Both the position numbers and the translations under genes were made by a program. 64,000 nucleotides of DNA, taken from contig NIVC01000012.1 in assembly GCA_002269645.1 (NCBI GenBank), forward strand, positions 1,426,001-1,490,000, written 5' to 3'. Source of the DNA: Macrostomum lignano (lineage: Eukaryota). The notes under the pieces were generated by a model. The model saw only the letters and a list, made by a program, of their open reading frames with translations, did not search any database and was not told the DNA's origin. Numbering within the stretch: the first letter of the stretch is position 1; every line of letters begins with the position of its first letter. Below are positions 14,680 to 26,694 of this stretch, piece by piece.

Positions 14680-16462
14680 GATACATTACATGCACCGACG
14701 TTCACCTATGTAGGGCGTCGTTATACGTTGTTGATGCAGTGTAAAGCACAGACGTCGCAGTGAAAACTATGTAATAATTTTACATTCACCGACTTCAGCC
14801 AAGTATAGTTAGCCGTCGATGTAAATCTAAAAGTAAAATTACTTACTTTTAGGGACGTAGATCGACGTCGAGAACGTCGGTCGTAGCTAAATCGATGGAC
14901 ACGTTGAGTTCATATAGCGAGTATTGTATACCTGGGAAACCGACGACATGTAACGAGAAAATATCACAGAGTTCATATGCTGCATATTACAGCTGTCTCA
15001 GTGTGATCGTTTAATTACATTGGCTTCCGATGACAAGTTACATGTGCAAGCTAGTATATGTACAATATGTAGAAGCATCAGGCAAACAGAGAGCATTACC
15101 AAAAACATGTCATAGTTAAGTTGTTTGTTGCTGGGTAATAATCGTACAGAAAATGTTGCTATTTAGGACAATCGAGTAGATTCACTTTGCATTTGTGTCA
15201 AGATTTTTTGCGAATTCGACAAAATGAGAGGAATTAAGCTTCAGCTGCTGGTTTAGCAGTGAAATTTACTGTATAAATAAAATTTATTCTCACCTGCCAG
15301 TAAATTTAAAATCACGTTACTTATGTTATTCTAAGGATCTCATGTCTTACATGTACATGTGCAAATTTAACCCAAATAAATAAATACAGTACATATATAG
15401 TTCCATGTAACTGTACAGGTACAACGTACATGTATGTACAAATTTATGCATGTGGGGTAGTTTAAGTTGAATTACGGAGCCTTGGGCCCGTTAAGGAAGC
15501 CCAGTGCTCCATTTAATCATACTTTGCATACTCAGAATCTACAACATTCTTATAGTTATACGCATGCGACAATTGAATAACATAGCCAGTTTGACATTCG
15601 ATGTATAGTTACGGCAAACTATGCATGATGCTATTATTAATTAGGCGTCCTTTTCACTAGTGTGAATTGGAATAGATGTCAAAGTATTATTTAGTAAAGC
15701 CACCTGTTACGCAACTAAAATCTAATAAAATTATGTGTTGAAAACGCCTGCTGAAACCTGCTGGAAAGTTAAATTGTTATAACGTTGTAATAAACAAGCT
15801 GAACACGTGTTCACTTTCAGTTTAGTATGAAAACATAATTTATTCACAAATGGATTGTATGGATGGATTAGTTATTGGACGCTAACTGTCTGTGTCTGTA
15901 ACTATGAGAAAGATAGGCCTAGCTTTATCAGCTTTTAGCTAAGCCCCAGTTTTAGCTTTGACTTTGTTTTCTTGCCCTATAGGCAGCTAAACATTTAGCA
16001 ATGTAGCTACAAGGACGACTTAAGTCAGTGACTTAAGTCAGTGACAGTGACTTAAGCCATCTGTAGCTATTGAATGAATCGCTATCGCTAGCCTTTGTTT
16101 TTTCATAGCCTGTTCTTCCATCTAAAAGCATCTATTTATAATTAGGCCTTAGACAAACTCCTAATTGTTATGCTTGATCGCTTTTTATATTTAGAATTTT
16201 TTTATATTTATTATTTATTTCGCTACAATGTTCTTATTACACTTAGGGCATACTGAATATATTTTACTTCAATTGAAAATAAAAATGTATCATTTGATCA
16301 CCATGATGCAGGCAATTTATGCCACATGCTGCCATCTAGGTCTATAAAATTGTTATATATAAAAAAAATAACTTCCTAAATAAAAATTTTAATTGAAAAA
16401 CTAAATGATGAATAAAATTTTGGAGATATTTCTAATATTCCTTGCTTTGATGCTAGTTTTTT

Positions 16463-16770
16463 TAATAATAATAGGCCTAATGTAGTAATTGATTACACCT
16501 GTCCCAATTGGGCCAGATTTACAACCAACAACTCAGCTGCAGCTATTGTGTGGCACATCTGAAGGTTGTAGCTGGCTATTTAGTCCAAGGACTAGGCTAT
16601 TACCAGGCATAGGCATAGCTAATGCTGGCACCTATTTTATAGCTGGATAAACTAAAGTAATACAGAGTTAAGTGTATTACTCAAAGACTTAAATTATTTT
16701 GAGTGGATTGAGAATCAAACTTCCAACCTTCAAGTTGTGAGTTCAATGCTCTTACCATTAGGCTATAACC
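16463..16770 (-). mobile_element. CORE-type tRNA-derived SINE, heavily C>T/G>A mutated copy
   Basis: Minus strand: A-box-like TAGCCTAATGG, degenerate B box AGTTTGATTCT, CORE-like ...TCCAGCTATAAAATAGGTGCCAGCATTAGC, and a tail matching positions 1-118. Confidence 0.75.
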
Positions 16771-17006
16771 CCTTAGTTCTTTAATTTACATATTTATATT
16801 TTTATAGGTATAGATTAAAAAAACTAGGCTTGAACTAATTTTTTTATCTAGAACCTTACCTCAGAAATTCTTTACAGTTTTTAAGTCTGTATAATAAATG
16901 ATAAACATCCTAATAACTTTTATCTTAACTTCCTTATTTCAGAAACAAAAATTCATTGGAAAGAACAAAATCGATTCTATCAATCTAGTGAAACGTTTTA
17001 CCCATA

Positions 17007-18319
17007 ATGAGCAATAGCTTAAAACATGTAAGTACCCTTTCTATTGAATCAATTATCTTTTACCATAATTCAATGGAAGAGTAGGTTCATATGGCACACA
17101 TTTTAGATGTGCCTATGGCTTAACATTTTTTGTTATGCTGGTATATACTATGTCGTACTATGAGTAGCCATTACTGTTTTATGCTCAATATGCATCCATT
17201 TTCAGTTTATTTTAAAGGCAGAAACTCGCCAGCTTTACCGGTCGCTGCTGCGAACTGCAGGCAAAGTGGCCGATTCAAACCAGCGAAGGGAGCTGCGTCA
17301 GTGGATTCGAGCTGAGTTCGAGCTGCACCGAGCCGACACTGACCTTGTGAGCAGCTCTCCCAGTAGCCGAGGCTGATTCTTGGCTTGGGCTGCAAGATGA
17401 ACTTTTGGATAGGCTAGCCTAGGTTTTCTGTTGCTGAGCCACAGACACAGCTCACAGGTTCTCAGCTTCTGAGCCACCATCGCCCTCCCAGATCCCCAGT
17501 TGCTGGATCAGCCTCCCAGATCCCCAGTTGCTGGATCAGCCTCCCAGTGTGTCAGTTGCTGTGCCAGCCTCCCAGTGTGTCAGTTGCTGTGCCAGCCTCC
17601 CAGATCCGCAGTTGCCGTGTCAGCCTCCCAGATCCCCAGTTGCCCTGCCAGCCTCTCACATCCCCAGTTGCTGGGCCAGCCTCCCAAATCCTCAGTTGCT
17701 GTGTCAGCCTCCCAGATCCTTAGTTGCTGGGCCAGCCTCCCAGATCTTCAGTTGCTGGGCTAGCCTCCCAGATCCCCAGTTGCTGGGCCAGCCTCCCAGT
17801 CCCAGATCCTCAATTGCTGGGCCAGCCTCCCAGAGTGTCAGTTACTGGGCCAGCCTCCCAGAGTGTCAGTTACTGGGCCAGCCTCCCAGAGTGTCAGTTA
17901 CTGGGCCAGCCTCCCAGAGTGTCAGTTGCTGGGCCAGCCTCCCAGATCCCCAGTTGCTGGGCCAGCCTCCCAGATCCCCAGTTGCTGGGCCAGCCTCCCA
18001 GATCCCCAGTTGCTGGGCCAGCCTCCCAGATCCCCAGTTGCTGGGCCAGCCTCCCAGATTCTCAGTTGCTGGGCCAGCCTCCCAGATTCTCAGTTGCTGG
18101 GCCAGCCTCCCAGTTGCTGGGCCAGCCTCCCAGATCTTCAGTTGCTGGGCCAGCCTCCCAGATCCTCAGTTGCTGGGCCATCTAAAACTCTCATACGTGT
18201 TTATATAAGCATTAAAACCTGTCCAATTTAAACTGTTTCAGGACTCTATCAAAGCGGCATTAGCAAATGGAAAGCAGGCAAAATCAAAATTGGAACAGAT
18301 GATATCGTCGTCTACATAA
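17007..18319 (+). CDS. LYRM2: LYR motif-containing protein 2 (mitochondrial, 79 aa)
   Basis: Exons 17007-17027, 17206-17346 and 18242-18319, all phase 0 with canonical sites, give MSNSLKHFILKAETRQLYRSLLRTAGKVADSNQRRELRQWIRAEFELHRADTDLDSIKAALANGKQAKSKLEQMISSST*. It has the LYR motif, the W..EF motif and the LYRM2-like LK.F...Q.L/LYR spacing. Confidence 0.85.
17484..18180 (+). repeat. 28-bp minisatellite, locus 2 (LYRM2 intron 2)
   Basis: Same unit as 718-1066; more divergent at its 5' end. Confidence 0.97.
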
Positions 18320-18553
18320 TTATACTCTTAATTCAATCAATGCTAGCTTGATTTGTGCATGCTATTTGGCTACGAAGTCGCATTCATTTTATACATATAT
18401 GTTCATGCCGACTGTTTCTCATTATAATTAAGCTTAGCAGTTATATTTGTGTTCTTAAGCAGCATTTTTCCTCAGCTTGAGAGGATCTATGAAGTGAAAT
18501 TTCGGTTTTCAGTAATTAAATCTGCATTATTTATATTTTCCTATATTTATAAA

Positions 18554-18745
18554 GCCGCGTAGCCTAGCTAGCGGTCTAGCGCGGGCGCTCTGATGTGCCA
18601 GCGGCCCAGGCTCGATTCCCAGTGCAGTCACAATAATTTGGGCCTAAAATTGGGCCCTCTCGGCTTGGCTCTGCTCGTGAAATTAACGGCCTTGAGGGCC
18701 AACCCTGTCACAGTGAAGTGTGTAATGACTAACGGTGAATAAAGT
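18554..18745 (+). mobile_element. tRNA-derived SINE, family B
   Basis: GCCGCGTAGCCTAGCTAGCGGTCTAGCGCG (A box) ... GGCTCGATTCCC (B box), followed by a non-tRNA body; a second copy lies at 9791-9920. Confidence 0.75.
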
Positions 18746-19289
18746 TAGGGCCGCTGTACACTGCTGTGTTCAGAGTGTGCGCCTGTGCGTAAGACTGCAT
18801 GCGTACGTATCCGCGCGCTTGTGTGCCTGCTCAGGGGAGTCGGCGGAATGGGCAGCCAATGTGTGACAATGGTTGTGTGACAATTTCGGGCAGAGTATAT
18901 TACAGCTTGCTTGAACAATTCAGTATAGCTCTGTATAGTTATGTACGTCGTAGTTACTGCAGTCGACCCACGAGCAGCCAGCAAGGGAGGCAAATACATG
19001 TACATGTACATTACATGTAGTCATGTCCCCATACCGATGATTCGTGATGACTCCACACCAAGTGTGTACAGCAGTGGTGCTATCATCTTTAGGCCTTAAG
19101 CCTCGGAGGTTATGGCTCTAGAGCTCATGATGTATGCATGCATTATTTACAGGTCACGTAGTGAGTCTGCTGGTGTGTTAATGCACTGCTCAATTACTAC
19201 TGCACATGCGGTACATAGATACACGATCTGTACATGTACAATATGTATGTCTACACTTGCAACTTCGATTGTATATAAATGTACATGTA

Positions 19290-19559
19290 TACTCAGCAAC
19301 ATTGAAAGGTCACAGTGAGCAATTTCTCTTGGACTGTTTTGAAATAAAAGCTACGAGAAAACTGATCGGGGTAGCTTTTTAATCCGTCCAACCCTCGCAC
19401 ACCGCGCCTCCACTTCATTCCTCAACCTAAATCTGCCGCGTGGCGTAGCTGAGTTGCGTCACTGGCAATAAAGATTGGGAGACTTTACAGCTGCACTCTC
19501 AAAAGTGGCGACCACAGACGGAATCTTCTGTGATGGCGACTTTTCGATGTTGCTGAGTG
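19290..19559. mobile_element. Putative Tc1/mariner-type MITE
   Basis: Inverted ends TACTCAGCAACATTGAAAGGTCAC / CACTCAGCAACATCGAAAAGTCGC, each flanked by TA. Confidence 0.55.
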
Positions 19560-20186
19560 TATTTGACTGACATGTATTTGACTGAAGGGCGAAAATTTTG
19601 AATTGTAATTTAGCGCTAAAAAAGCCCTCATGTGCATGTACTCGTAATGCAGAGCAGTGTGAGTTCTGCATCACTAAGTCGGAGTAGAATTGCTATAGCA
19701 AAACTAGCTATTTATCCCTATTATCCTGAATTTATGAAATGATTTCTTTGCAGGAAAGGAGGATTTATGGTGTGAATTATAAATTCCGCCCCATGAAATG
19801 AATTTACCATCGCATCTGTTGCTTAGCAACTAAGTACACTCGGCAGTTTTCCATTTACATTTTAGAGCTGTACTGCATGGGGCGGTCCTGTTTGCTTATT
19901 GGAATTCTGAAGGCTGGATGTATTTATCAATGCAGATGGCAGGGTTGATAATGAGAAATAAACTGCGAATGTTATTGACTTATTCCTGCGCAGGTTCATA
20001 TTGACATTTTTAGTTCTTGTTTCAGCTGTCTATTTTCGCATGCAGCCTGACGACTCGGGTTTTCTACTGCTTCAGCTGCAGGATGAATAAAAAGTTGCTC
20101 AAATTTGAGCAAAGCATACGAAAAGTCAATTCAAGTGTCGGTTTTTTCAGCCATGTCCGTCTACATGTAACTGATTATAACTTTCC

Positions 20187-20398
<212 letters not shown>

Positions 20399-20409
20399 AG
20401 CCTAGCCTC

Positions 20410-22092
20410 TCACTTCCTAACCCACAGCAGTCCCGGCACTCTAGACAGAGCCTCTGGCACAGCGGCAAACCGCAGCAGGTGGCAGCAGTCCCGCCAGCCG
20501 GCTCCATAGAAGGCCGCCTGACACCAGACGGTGGTCTGGCACTCCAGGACACAGCCCAGTTGATCCTGCGAGCTGCTCAGTTGATCAATTTCGAAGGCGT
20601 ACGCGTAATTTGTGCTGACGCTGACGACGGGCACCGATACATTCGAGGTGGTGATGTTCATTGACAGTGTCATGCAGCGATTGTCTGGAATGTTATTGCT
20701 CTTGATACTCGTAGATTCGCACTGAAGCATCAGGGAGGGAGGGGGGTTGTGGCAGGGAGGGAATCAGTGAGTTTTGGGTTTAGAAGTCTATATGCAAAAA
20801 GCATCACGGAGGTGAAGGGGTTGGCAGTCCACAGGGTCAAGCATCATGGAGGGGTTGGCAGCCGAAGGAATCCAGCATCATAAAGCGGTTGGCAACCCAC
20901 AGAATCCAGCAGCATCATGGAGGGGCTGGCAGTCCACAGAATCAAGCATCATGGAGGGGTTGGCAGTCCACAGAATCCAGCATCATGGAGGGGTTGGCAG
21001 TCCACAGAATCAAGCATCATGGAAGGGTTGGCAGTCCACGGAATCAAGCATCATGGAGGGGTTGGCAGTCCACGGAATCAAGCATCATGGAGGGGTTGGC
21101 AGTCCACAGAATCAAGCATCATGGAGGGGCTGGCAGTCCACAGAATCAAGCATCATGGAGGGGTTGGCAGTCCACAGAATCCAGCATCATGGAGGGGTTG
21201 GCAGTTCACAGAATCCAGCATCATGGAGGGGTTGGCAGTTCACAGAATCAAGCATCATGGAGGGGTTGGCAGTCCACGGAATCAAGCATCATGGAGGGGT
21301 TGGCAGTTCACAGAATCCAGCATCATGGAGGGGTTGGCAGTTCACAGAATCCAGCATCATGGAGGGGTTGGCAGTCCACGGAATCAAGCATCATGGAGGG
21401 GTTGGCAGTCCACAGAATCCAGCATCATGGAGGGGTTGGCAGTCCACGGAATCAAGCATCATGGAGGGGTTGGCAGTTCACAGAATCCAGCATCATGGAG
21501 GGGTTGGCAGTCCACGGAATCAAGCATCATGGAGGGGTTGGCAGTCCACAGAATCAAGCATCATGGAGGGGTTGGCAGTCCACGGAACCCAGCATCATGG
21601 AGGGGTTGGCAGTCCACGGAATCAAGCACAATGGAGTGGTTTAGCTGTCCACACGACAACCAAACAGTTCTTACTCAAATAGGAGACATGGTACATCGAG
21701 TTCCGGTAACTATTGCCACACTTCTGAGTGGCATTCCCAACGCAGGGCTGGGAGCAGTCAGACTCGCTGGCTCGTCCGAAAGAACCGAAGGTGTTATCGC
21801 AGGAGCAGTAGGAACCATATTGCACGCCAAAGTACTCGAAACCGCCCAGAGAGCACACTTTGCTGCACATGTCGATAGTCATTCCAGCTAAGGAGGTCAG
21901 GCCTTCGCGCGGACTGCTCACCTTGTATGGACCAACTTGAAGAAGTCCTTTCAATCCGACGAGATCGCGATCTGCTGGCACACTTTCAATGTAGCAGCCC
22001 ATGTAGCGATAGGCCAGTTGACGACTGCCAAGCACAGAAGCTGCAATCAGCGACTGCAGAATGATGATAGTTGTTAAGCATGAAGTCGTCAT
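20410..22092 (-). CDS. Secreted WSC-domain protein with a C-terminal PAN/apple-like Cys domain (~230 aa)
   Basis: Exon 22092-21675 has a hydrophobic signal peptide and a WSC pattern (YMGCY...[10 protein letters not shown]...[12 protein letters not shown]...[23 protein letters not shown]), with donor TTGA|GTAAGA in phase 1. Exon 20684-20410 follows acceptor TTCCAG|AC and carries C-x3-C-x5-C-x2-AFY..CC.L. Confidence 0.8.
20812..21630 (+). repeat. 34-bp minisatellite (GCAGTCCACAGAATCAAGCATCATGGAGGGGTTG)n in the WSC gene intron
   Basis: About 24 units; it explains ORFs 20846-21891. Confidence 0.97.
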
Positions 22093-22459
22093 TAAAACAA
22101 TAGTCAAGGTCTATCTGTGTACCTTACAGCTCATTTTCTAGCGAAGAATGACGGATGCGATTTAATATACAGCTGGCTACCTAGAATCTCAAGACGACTG
22201 TGATGAAGCTGTTTGATTGGTCAGCTGGTATGATAGAACAGACTGAGTGTCCCACGAAACGCACAGCTGACACCCATTTCAATTGGTTTCTGTTGGTCTG
22301 TTCCAGCGAACAAGGGAAATGCATGTCATGCAGTCTGGACGAAATTCTGGTTTTGCTATTCCGCGATTATCAAAACTTTTGTGCAGATTCTACAGACTCG
22401 CAAAACCGTGTAAATTTGGCTATGATGACCTGATCTTCAAAGTGATGCACGATAGATGC

Positions 22460-23240
22460 CAGGGACGTCGCTATGGATTTATGGTGGGGGGACAAAGCCA
22501 AGAGTTGTGTAAATGACTAAATTCCTAAATGTACATAATTTTTAGAATCGGTGTTGACAGTGCTCATTTTAGCGCGGCAGGCAGTCATTTTGGCGCCGCA
22601 GGCACCACATTATGGCGCCGCAGGCACTCATTTTAGCGCCGCAGTCACTCATTTTAGCGCCGCAGGCACTCATTTTGGTGCCGCAGTCACTCATTTTGGT
22701 GCCGCAGTCACTCATTTTGGTGCCGCAGTCACTCATTTTAGCGCCGCAGGCACTCATTTTGGTGCCGCAGTCACTCATTTTGGTGCTTTTGGTGCCGCAG
22801 GCACTCATTTTGGTGCCGCAGTCACTCATTGTGGCGCCGCTGGCATTACTTTTGGCGCCGCCGCAGGTATTACTTTTGGCACCGCAGGCACTCTTTTTAG
22901 CGCCGCAGTCACTCATTTTAGCACCCCAGGCACTCATTTTAGCGCCGCAGTCACTCATTTTAGCACCCCAGGCACTCATTTTAGCGCCGCAGTCACTCAT
23001 TTTAGCACCCCAGGCACTCATTTTGGTGCCGCAGGCACTCATTTTGGTGCCGCAGGCGCTCATTTTGGTGCCGCAGGCGCTCATTTTGGTGCCGCAGGCA
23101 CTATATTTTGTCGCCCTGAAGCAAAATTATTGAGTTCCATAATGGGGCACAAGGTGGGGTGGGGGCCGGGGGACAAAACAATGGCATGTCCCCCATAGCT
23201 TTTACTTGGGGGGGGGCATATTCTCCTATGTGCACCCCTG
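22460..23240. mobile_element. hAT-type MITE related to 14233-14679, with an expanded 21-bp array and a different right end
   Basis: The left end CAGGGACGTCGCTATGGATTTATGGTGGGGGGACAAAGCCAAGA and the body match 14233; the right end is ...ATGTGCACCCCTG; TSD ATAGATGC / ATCGATGC (7/8). Confidence 0.85.
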
Positions 23241-23539
23241 ATCGATGCACAAAAGTAGTCATTCCTACTTTTACAAGACAATCAAATTCACCGTTAAAGC
23301 TTCATGCATACGCATATGAAAAGTATAGTGCGAGGGCTTTAGTGCTTTACAGACGGCTTTGCGGTGTCTCACTTATTTTTTCCCCTCAACGGGAGGCCTT
23401 TTCAGACTGCTCTCAATTGCCGAATTCTGGTAGATTGCCCCCCGACTAGCGCATCTGTAATACGCCTGAGTCCGCCATGTCTTTCCCACCTCTTCTGCAC
23501 ACATGCAGATTCGCACGCTGATGCAACAGCGGTAACCTT

Positions 23540-24009
23540 TGCCCCAAGTTAGTTCCGCGATCGAGTTTCTCGGCCAATATAGCTTGCGTAGGATATCTTT
23601 GTTCGAAAGTCCAAATATAAACTGGTCACGAAGACGGTCCTTGACGATGTCGTTGAACTGGCAGTCGTCGGCCAGTTGCTTCAGTCTATGACTGTACGAC
23701 AAAGTGCGAATCCTCGTTGGGCTCCTGCCTCATGCTGTGAAACTCGTATCGGTAGGCGATTACAGATTTATGTTATTTTGGCTCTTCACTCAGCAAGGTC
23801 TTCAGGTAATTGTATAAGACTACTTCTCAATATCGTCTGGAAGGGCTGAACATGCGCTTGCCAATAAGCGCCAGAAATGCGTCTTTCTGCTTTTCCTCCT
23901 TAAAGTAGTAAAGTTTGCAGTGCATTTTGAATCTTTGAACCCACGTACCTTTCGGATCTTCACCATCTTCTAGTGGGTCCAGCGAGGAAATTGCCTCATG
24001 CATCGTCAT
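23540..24009 (-). pseudogene. Frameshifted Gypsy/Ty3-type gag fragment
   Basis: Pieces ..GTWVQRFKMHC..EEKQKDAFLALIG.., AYRYEFHSMRQEPNE and RLKQLADDCQF..DRLRDQFIFGL..DILRKL in different frames follow the invertebrate Gypsy gag pattern. Confidence 0.7.
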
Positions 24010-24754
24010 TGTTAGCTTTCTTCTTAAGTTTTAGCATGAACTGCTAACGTAGTCTCAATTTTTATTTCCCCTCTCTTGGACATCCTCTGGTTGTAGCTCA
24101 GCTTTTAGAACGCAGCACTACATGCATCACAAATATCTGAGACGAAATTAGATCGTTAGATCATTTAGACACAACTAAACCCTCGCACTACAGTAACTAC
24201 AGTTACCGTATATACCTTTTGCGTTCTATCTGGTGTCAACTGCATTCAATTTGGTAGGACACACGCAGCGACAACGAGCCAAGCCGAAAGACGGTTTGCC
24301 AATAGACATGCGCAGAAAACTAGCAACCAATTTGGTCTAAGCTGCGTTCTATTTGGGCTCTCACGGTCCACCAAGCTGATTTTGAAATAAGGGCGTCTAT
24401 ACTGACGAATTCGCACCAAATTTAACGCAGATTTCACAAAATCGAGCGCAAAAAGGTGTACTTTGAATGCTTCCAATGCTTGAAAGATCTGTCGCGGCTT
24501 TTGGAAACCGCGGTCTCCCTGACGCATTCCCACTGTTGGACCTGGCAGTCTCTTCTTTACACATCGCTCATTCGATGGAGAAAACAAACATTTTGATGAG
24601 GCCCTCCCGATTTCTGAGTTGCATTTGGATGTAAACGAGCGAATTAAAACGGCCATCTTTACATGATTAAAATCTGCGACAAGCCATTAAAAATTCTTCT
24701 TGCGATTTGTTAATCTATTTTTGTGTAAAACCCGGCAGTTTTTTTTAATAACAG

Positions 24755-25676
24755 CGATTCATTCTAATTGAAAAAATTAATTAAATAAAATGATTTTTGT
24801 ATGTGGCATATACAGTTCATTTGTTTGTCCCAGAAAGGGATTTTCAATCTGAGCTTCGCTCCTACGAGAGTAGGCCAGCAACTTCAATTTGTTTAATTTG
24901 TTTAGGGCTTTATAGAGGTCGTTTTTAGTCGGCATGTGTGCAGAGGGAGAGCGTAGCCACTTGCGAACCGTGTGTTTGCTACCTAACATTTACTATGGAA
25001 ATGCAACAACAAGTGCTGCTGCAGTGAATTCCGAGAATGTGTTATATACTGCATAGAGAGTGAAAGTTGTAACACTCAGAGATAATAGATGATAATAATA
25101 GGTTAAGAAGTTTTACAGGTAAAACGTAATTAATTCTGCTAATTTTACTTGCTTGTCTGCCCCAAAAGTTTTTATCCTGAGGATGCTGTGCTGATGCTTT
25201 TACCTCTGGTTTGGATGTAAAGTACAAAATAATATCTGTTCTTATAGTTACTGCAGTGTCGAAATGATAATATAGCCATCAGTTATTGGTCACTATTAAT
25301 GATTCGCACTCCAAATACGTTCTCACATTGATAGCGCTCTCTTGAGTCGAGTTAAAAATTCAATTAGCTACATACATAATGCATGTGTTTTTATCCTTTT
25401 TTATGTTGCTTCATTCACAGATTCATTTGGCCATATCGATTGACAATTTAGAATAAAAGTGTATTTTATATGAGACGTTTGGAATTTCCACATCGCTAAT
25501 AAAAACGTTTTAATAAAACGTTTTAATAAAAACGATTCATTCTAATTGAAAAATTTAATTAAATAAAATAATTTTTGTATGTAGCATATACAGTTCATTT
25601 GTTTGTCCCAGAAAGGGATTTTCAATCTGAGCTTCGCTCCTACGAGAGGAGGCCAGCAACTTCAATTTGTTTAATT
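24755..25676 (+). repeat. A-B-A structure: 144-bp direct repeats (24755-24898, 25533-25676) around the 590-bp copy of 12787-13376 plus an A-rich spacer
   Basis: The repeats were read directly and have near-identical sequence and equal lengths. Confidence 0.93.
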
Positions 25677-26694
25677 AAAAGTTAATCAGCACATGTGACT
25701 TCTGCAGCGGCTTTTTAATAACAAAAACAAAAAGAATCTTGCTGAAAAACGCGGTTACGGGCTTAATTAAATTTTATTTTTTGTTTCCCAAAATTTGGAG
25801 TAAATCAACCGAAATGCATATGACAAAAATAACAAAACTGTTTAGACCTGCAGTAATGTCACGTGCTAATACAATTTTGTCACTTTTTATGTTAATAATC
25901 ATATAAATAATCTGGATATTCTACTAACTAAAGTAGCACTAACTAACTAAGTAGAGGAGTTAGTGTCGTTTCGACCTAAACATGACGATAAACATTTTTA
26001 ACTGGTGTTAAAAAACAAGATTTAAGTCTAGAGCTATGCAACGTAGAACACGTTCAAGAAGTGCGTTTCCGAATTTCGACCATGACATGATACACTGTAC
26101 TTTGTTGGTAAGAAGGTAATCTAAGGATATAGTAGCTACGAGTATATCGATCAAAGATTTCGCAGCTAACGAGAAGCTCTCTATAGATCACACCAGCTAT
26201 TGAATTTCTCTATAAAGTCTAAACTTAAAAACCTGTGAAGTTTCTATTGAACAAGTCTGCTTCCTTCCTACTTTTGCCTTTGTCTCTCTATCTGGCTGCA
26301 GTGAGTATCTTTAGTCTATCCGGTCCGTCGTCCTCCTAAGAGAGTAATTATGATGCACTGTCGGATGTGGTAAAAGAAAACTAGCCAGCTCATAAAACTT
26401 ACTGCTCATTACGAGTTAATTATCAGCTAGTAAGTCATGTTGGCCAACCTGTAGCTGAGTTCGTTCGTTTTCTCTATCTCTGTCGGAAATGATAGTATTG
26501 GGGGCAATATTGTGGCTCGTAACGATAGCAATTATCTTTGTAAGCATGCGCTGAGTGCATTTTCTAGTTTTGTTCTTGCTTCTGAGACGTCAGGTCTTTG
26601 AGCTCAGGCTCATCCCAACGCTACCCTGATGTGGTCCAAGACACTCTCGTAATTCAATGCATTCCTCTCTATTCGCTCTTCTAGAATAGATTTC

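Noticed and set aside
18554-18625. tRNA gene
   Set aside because: The A/B boxes are present but no closing acceptor stem or cloverleaf is evident, and it continues into a repeated body, so it is a SINE.
19870-19995. Short + frame (..GWMYLSMQMAGLIMRNKLRM..) faintly like an ABCC transmembrane segment
   Set aside because: It is about 40 aa, has no donor or flanking exons, and no other ABC sequence is nearby; probably chance.
20846-21891. 250-324 aa repeat ORFs on the + strand
   Set aside because: They are translations of the 34-bp array, antisense within the WSC gene intron.
24755-25676. 144-bp direct repeats as LTRs of a TRIM
   Set aside because: There are no TG...CA ends, primer-binding site or polypurine tract, and the interior matches the sequence after the PEF stop.
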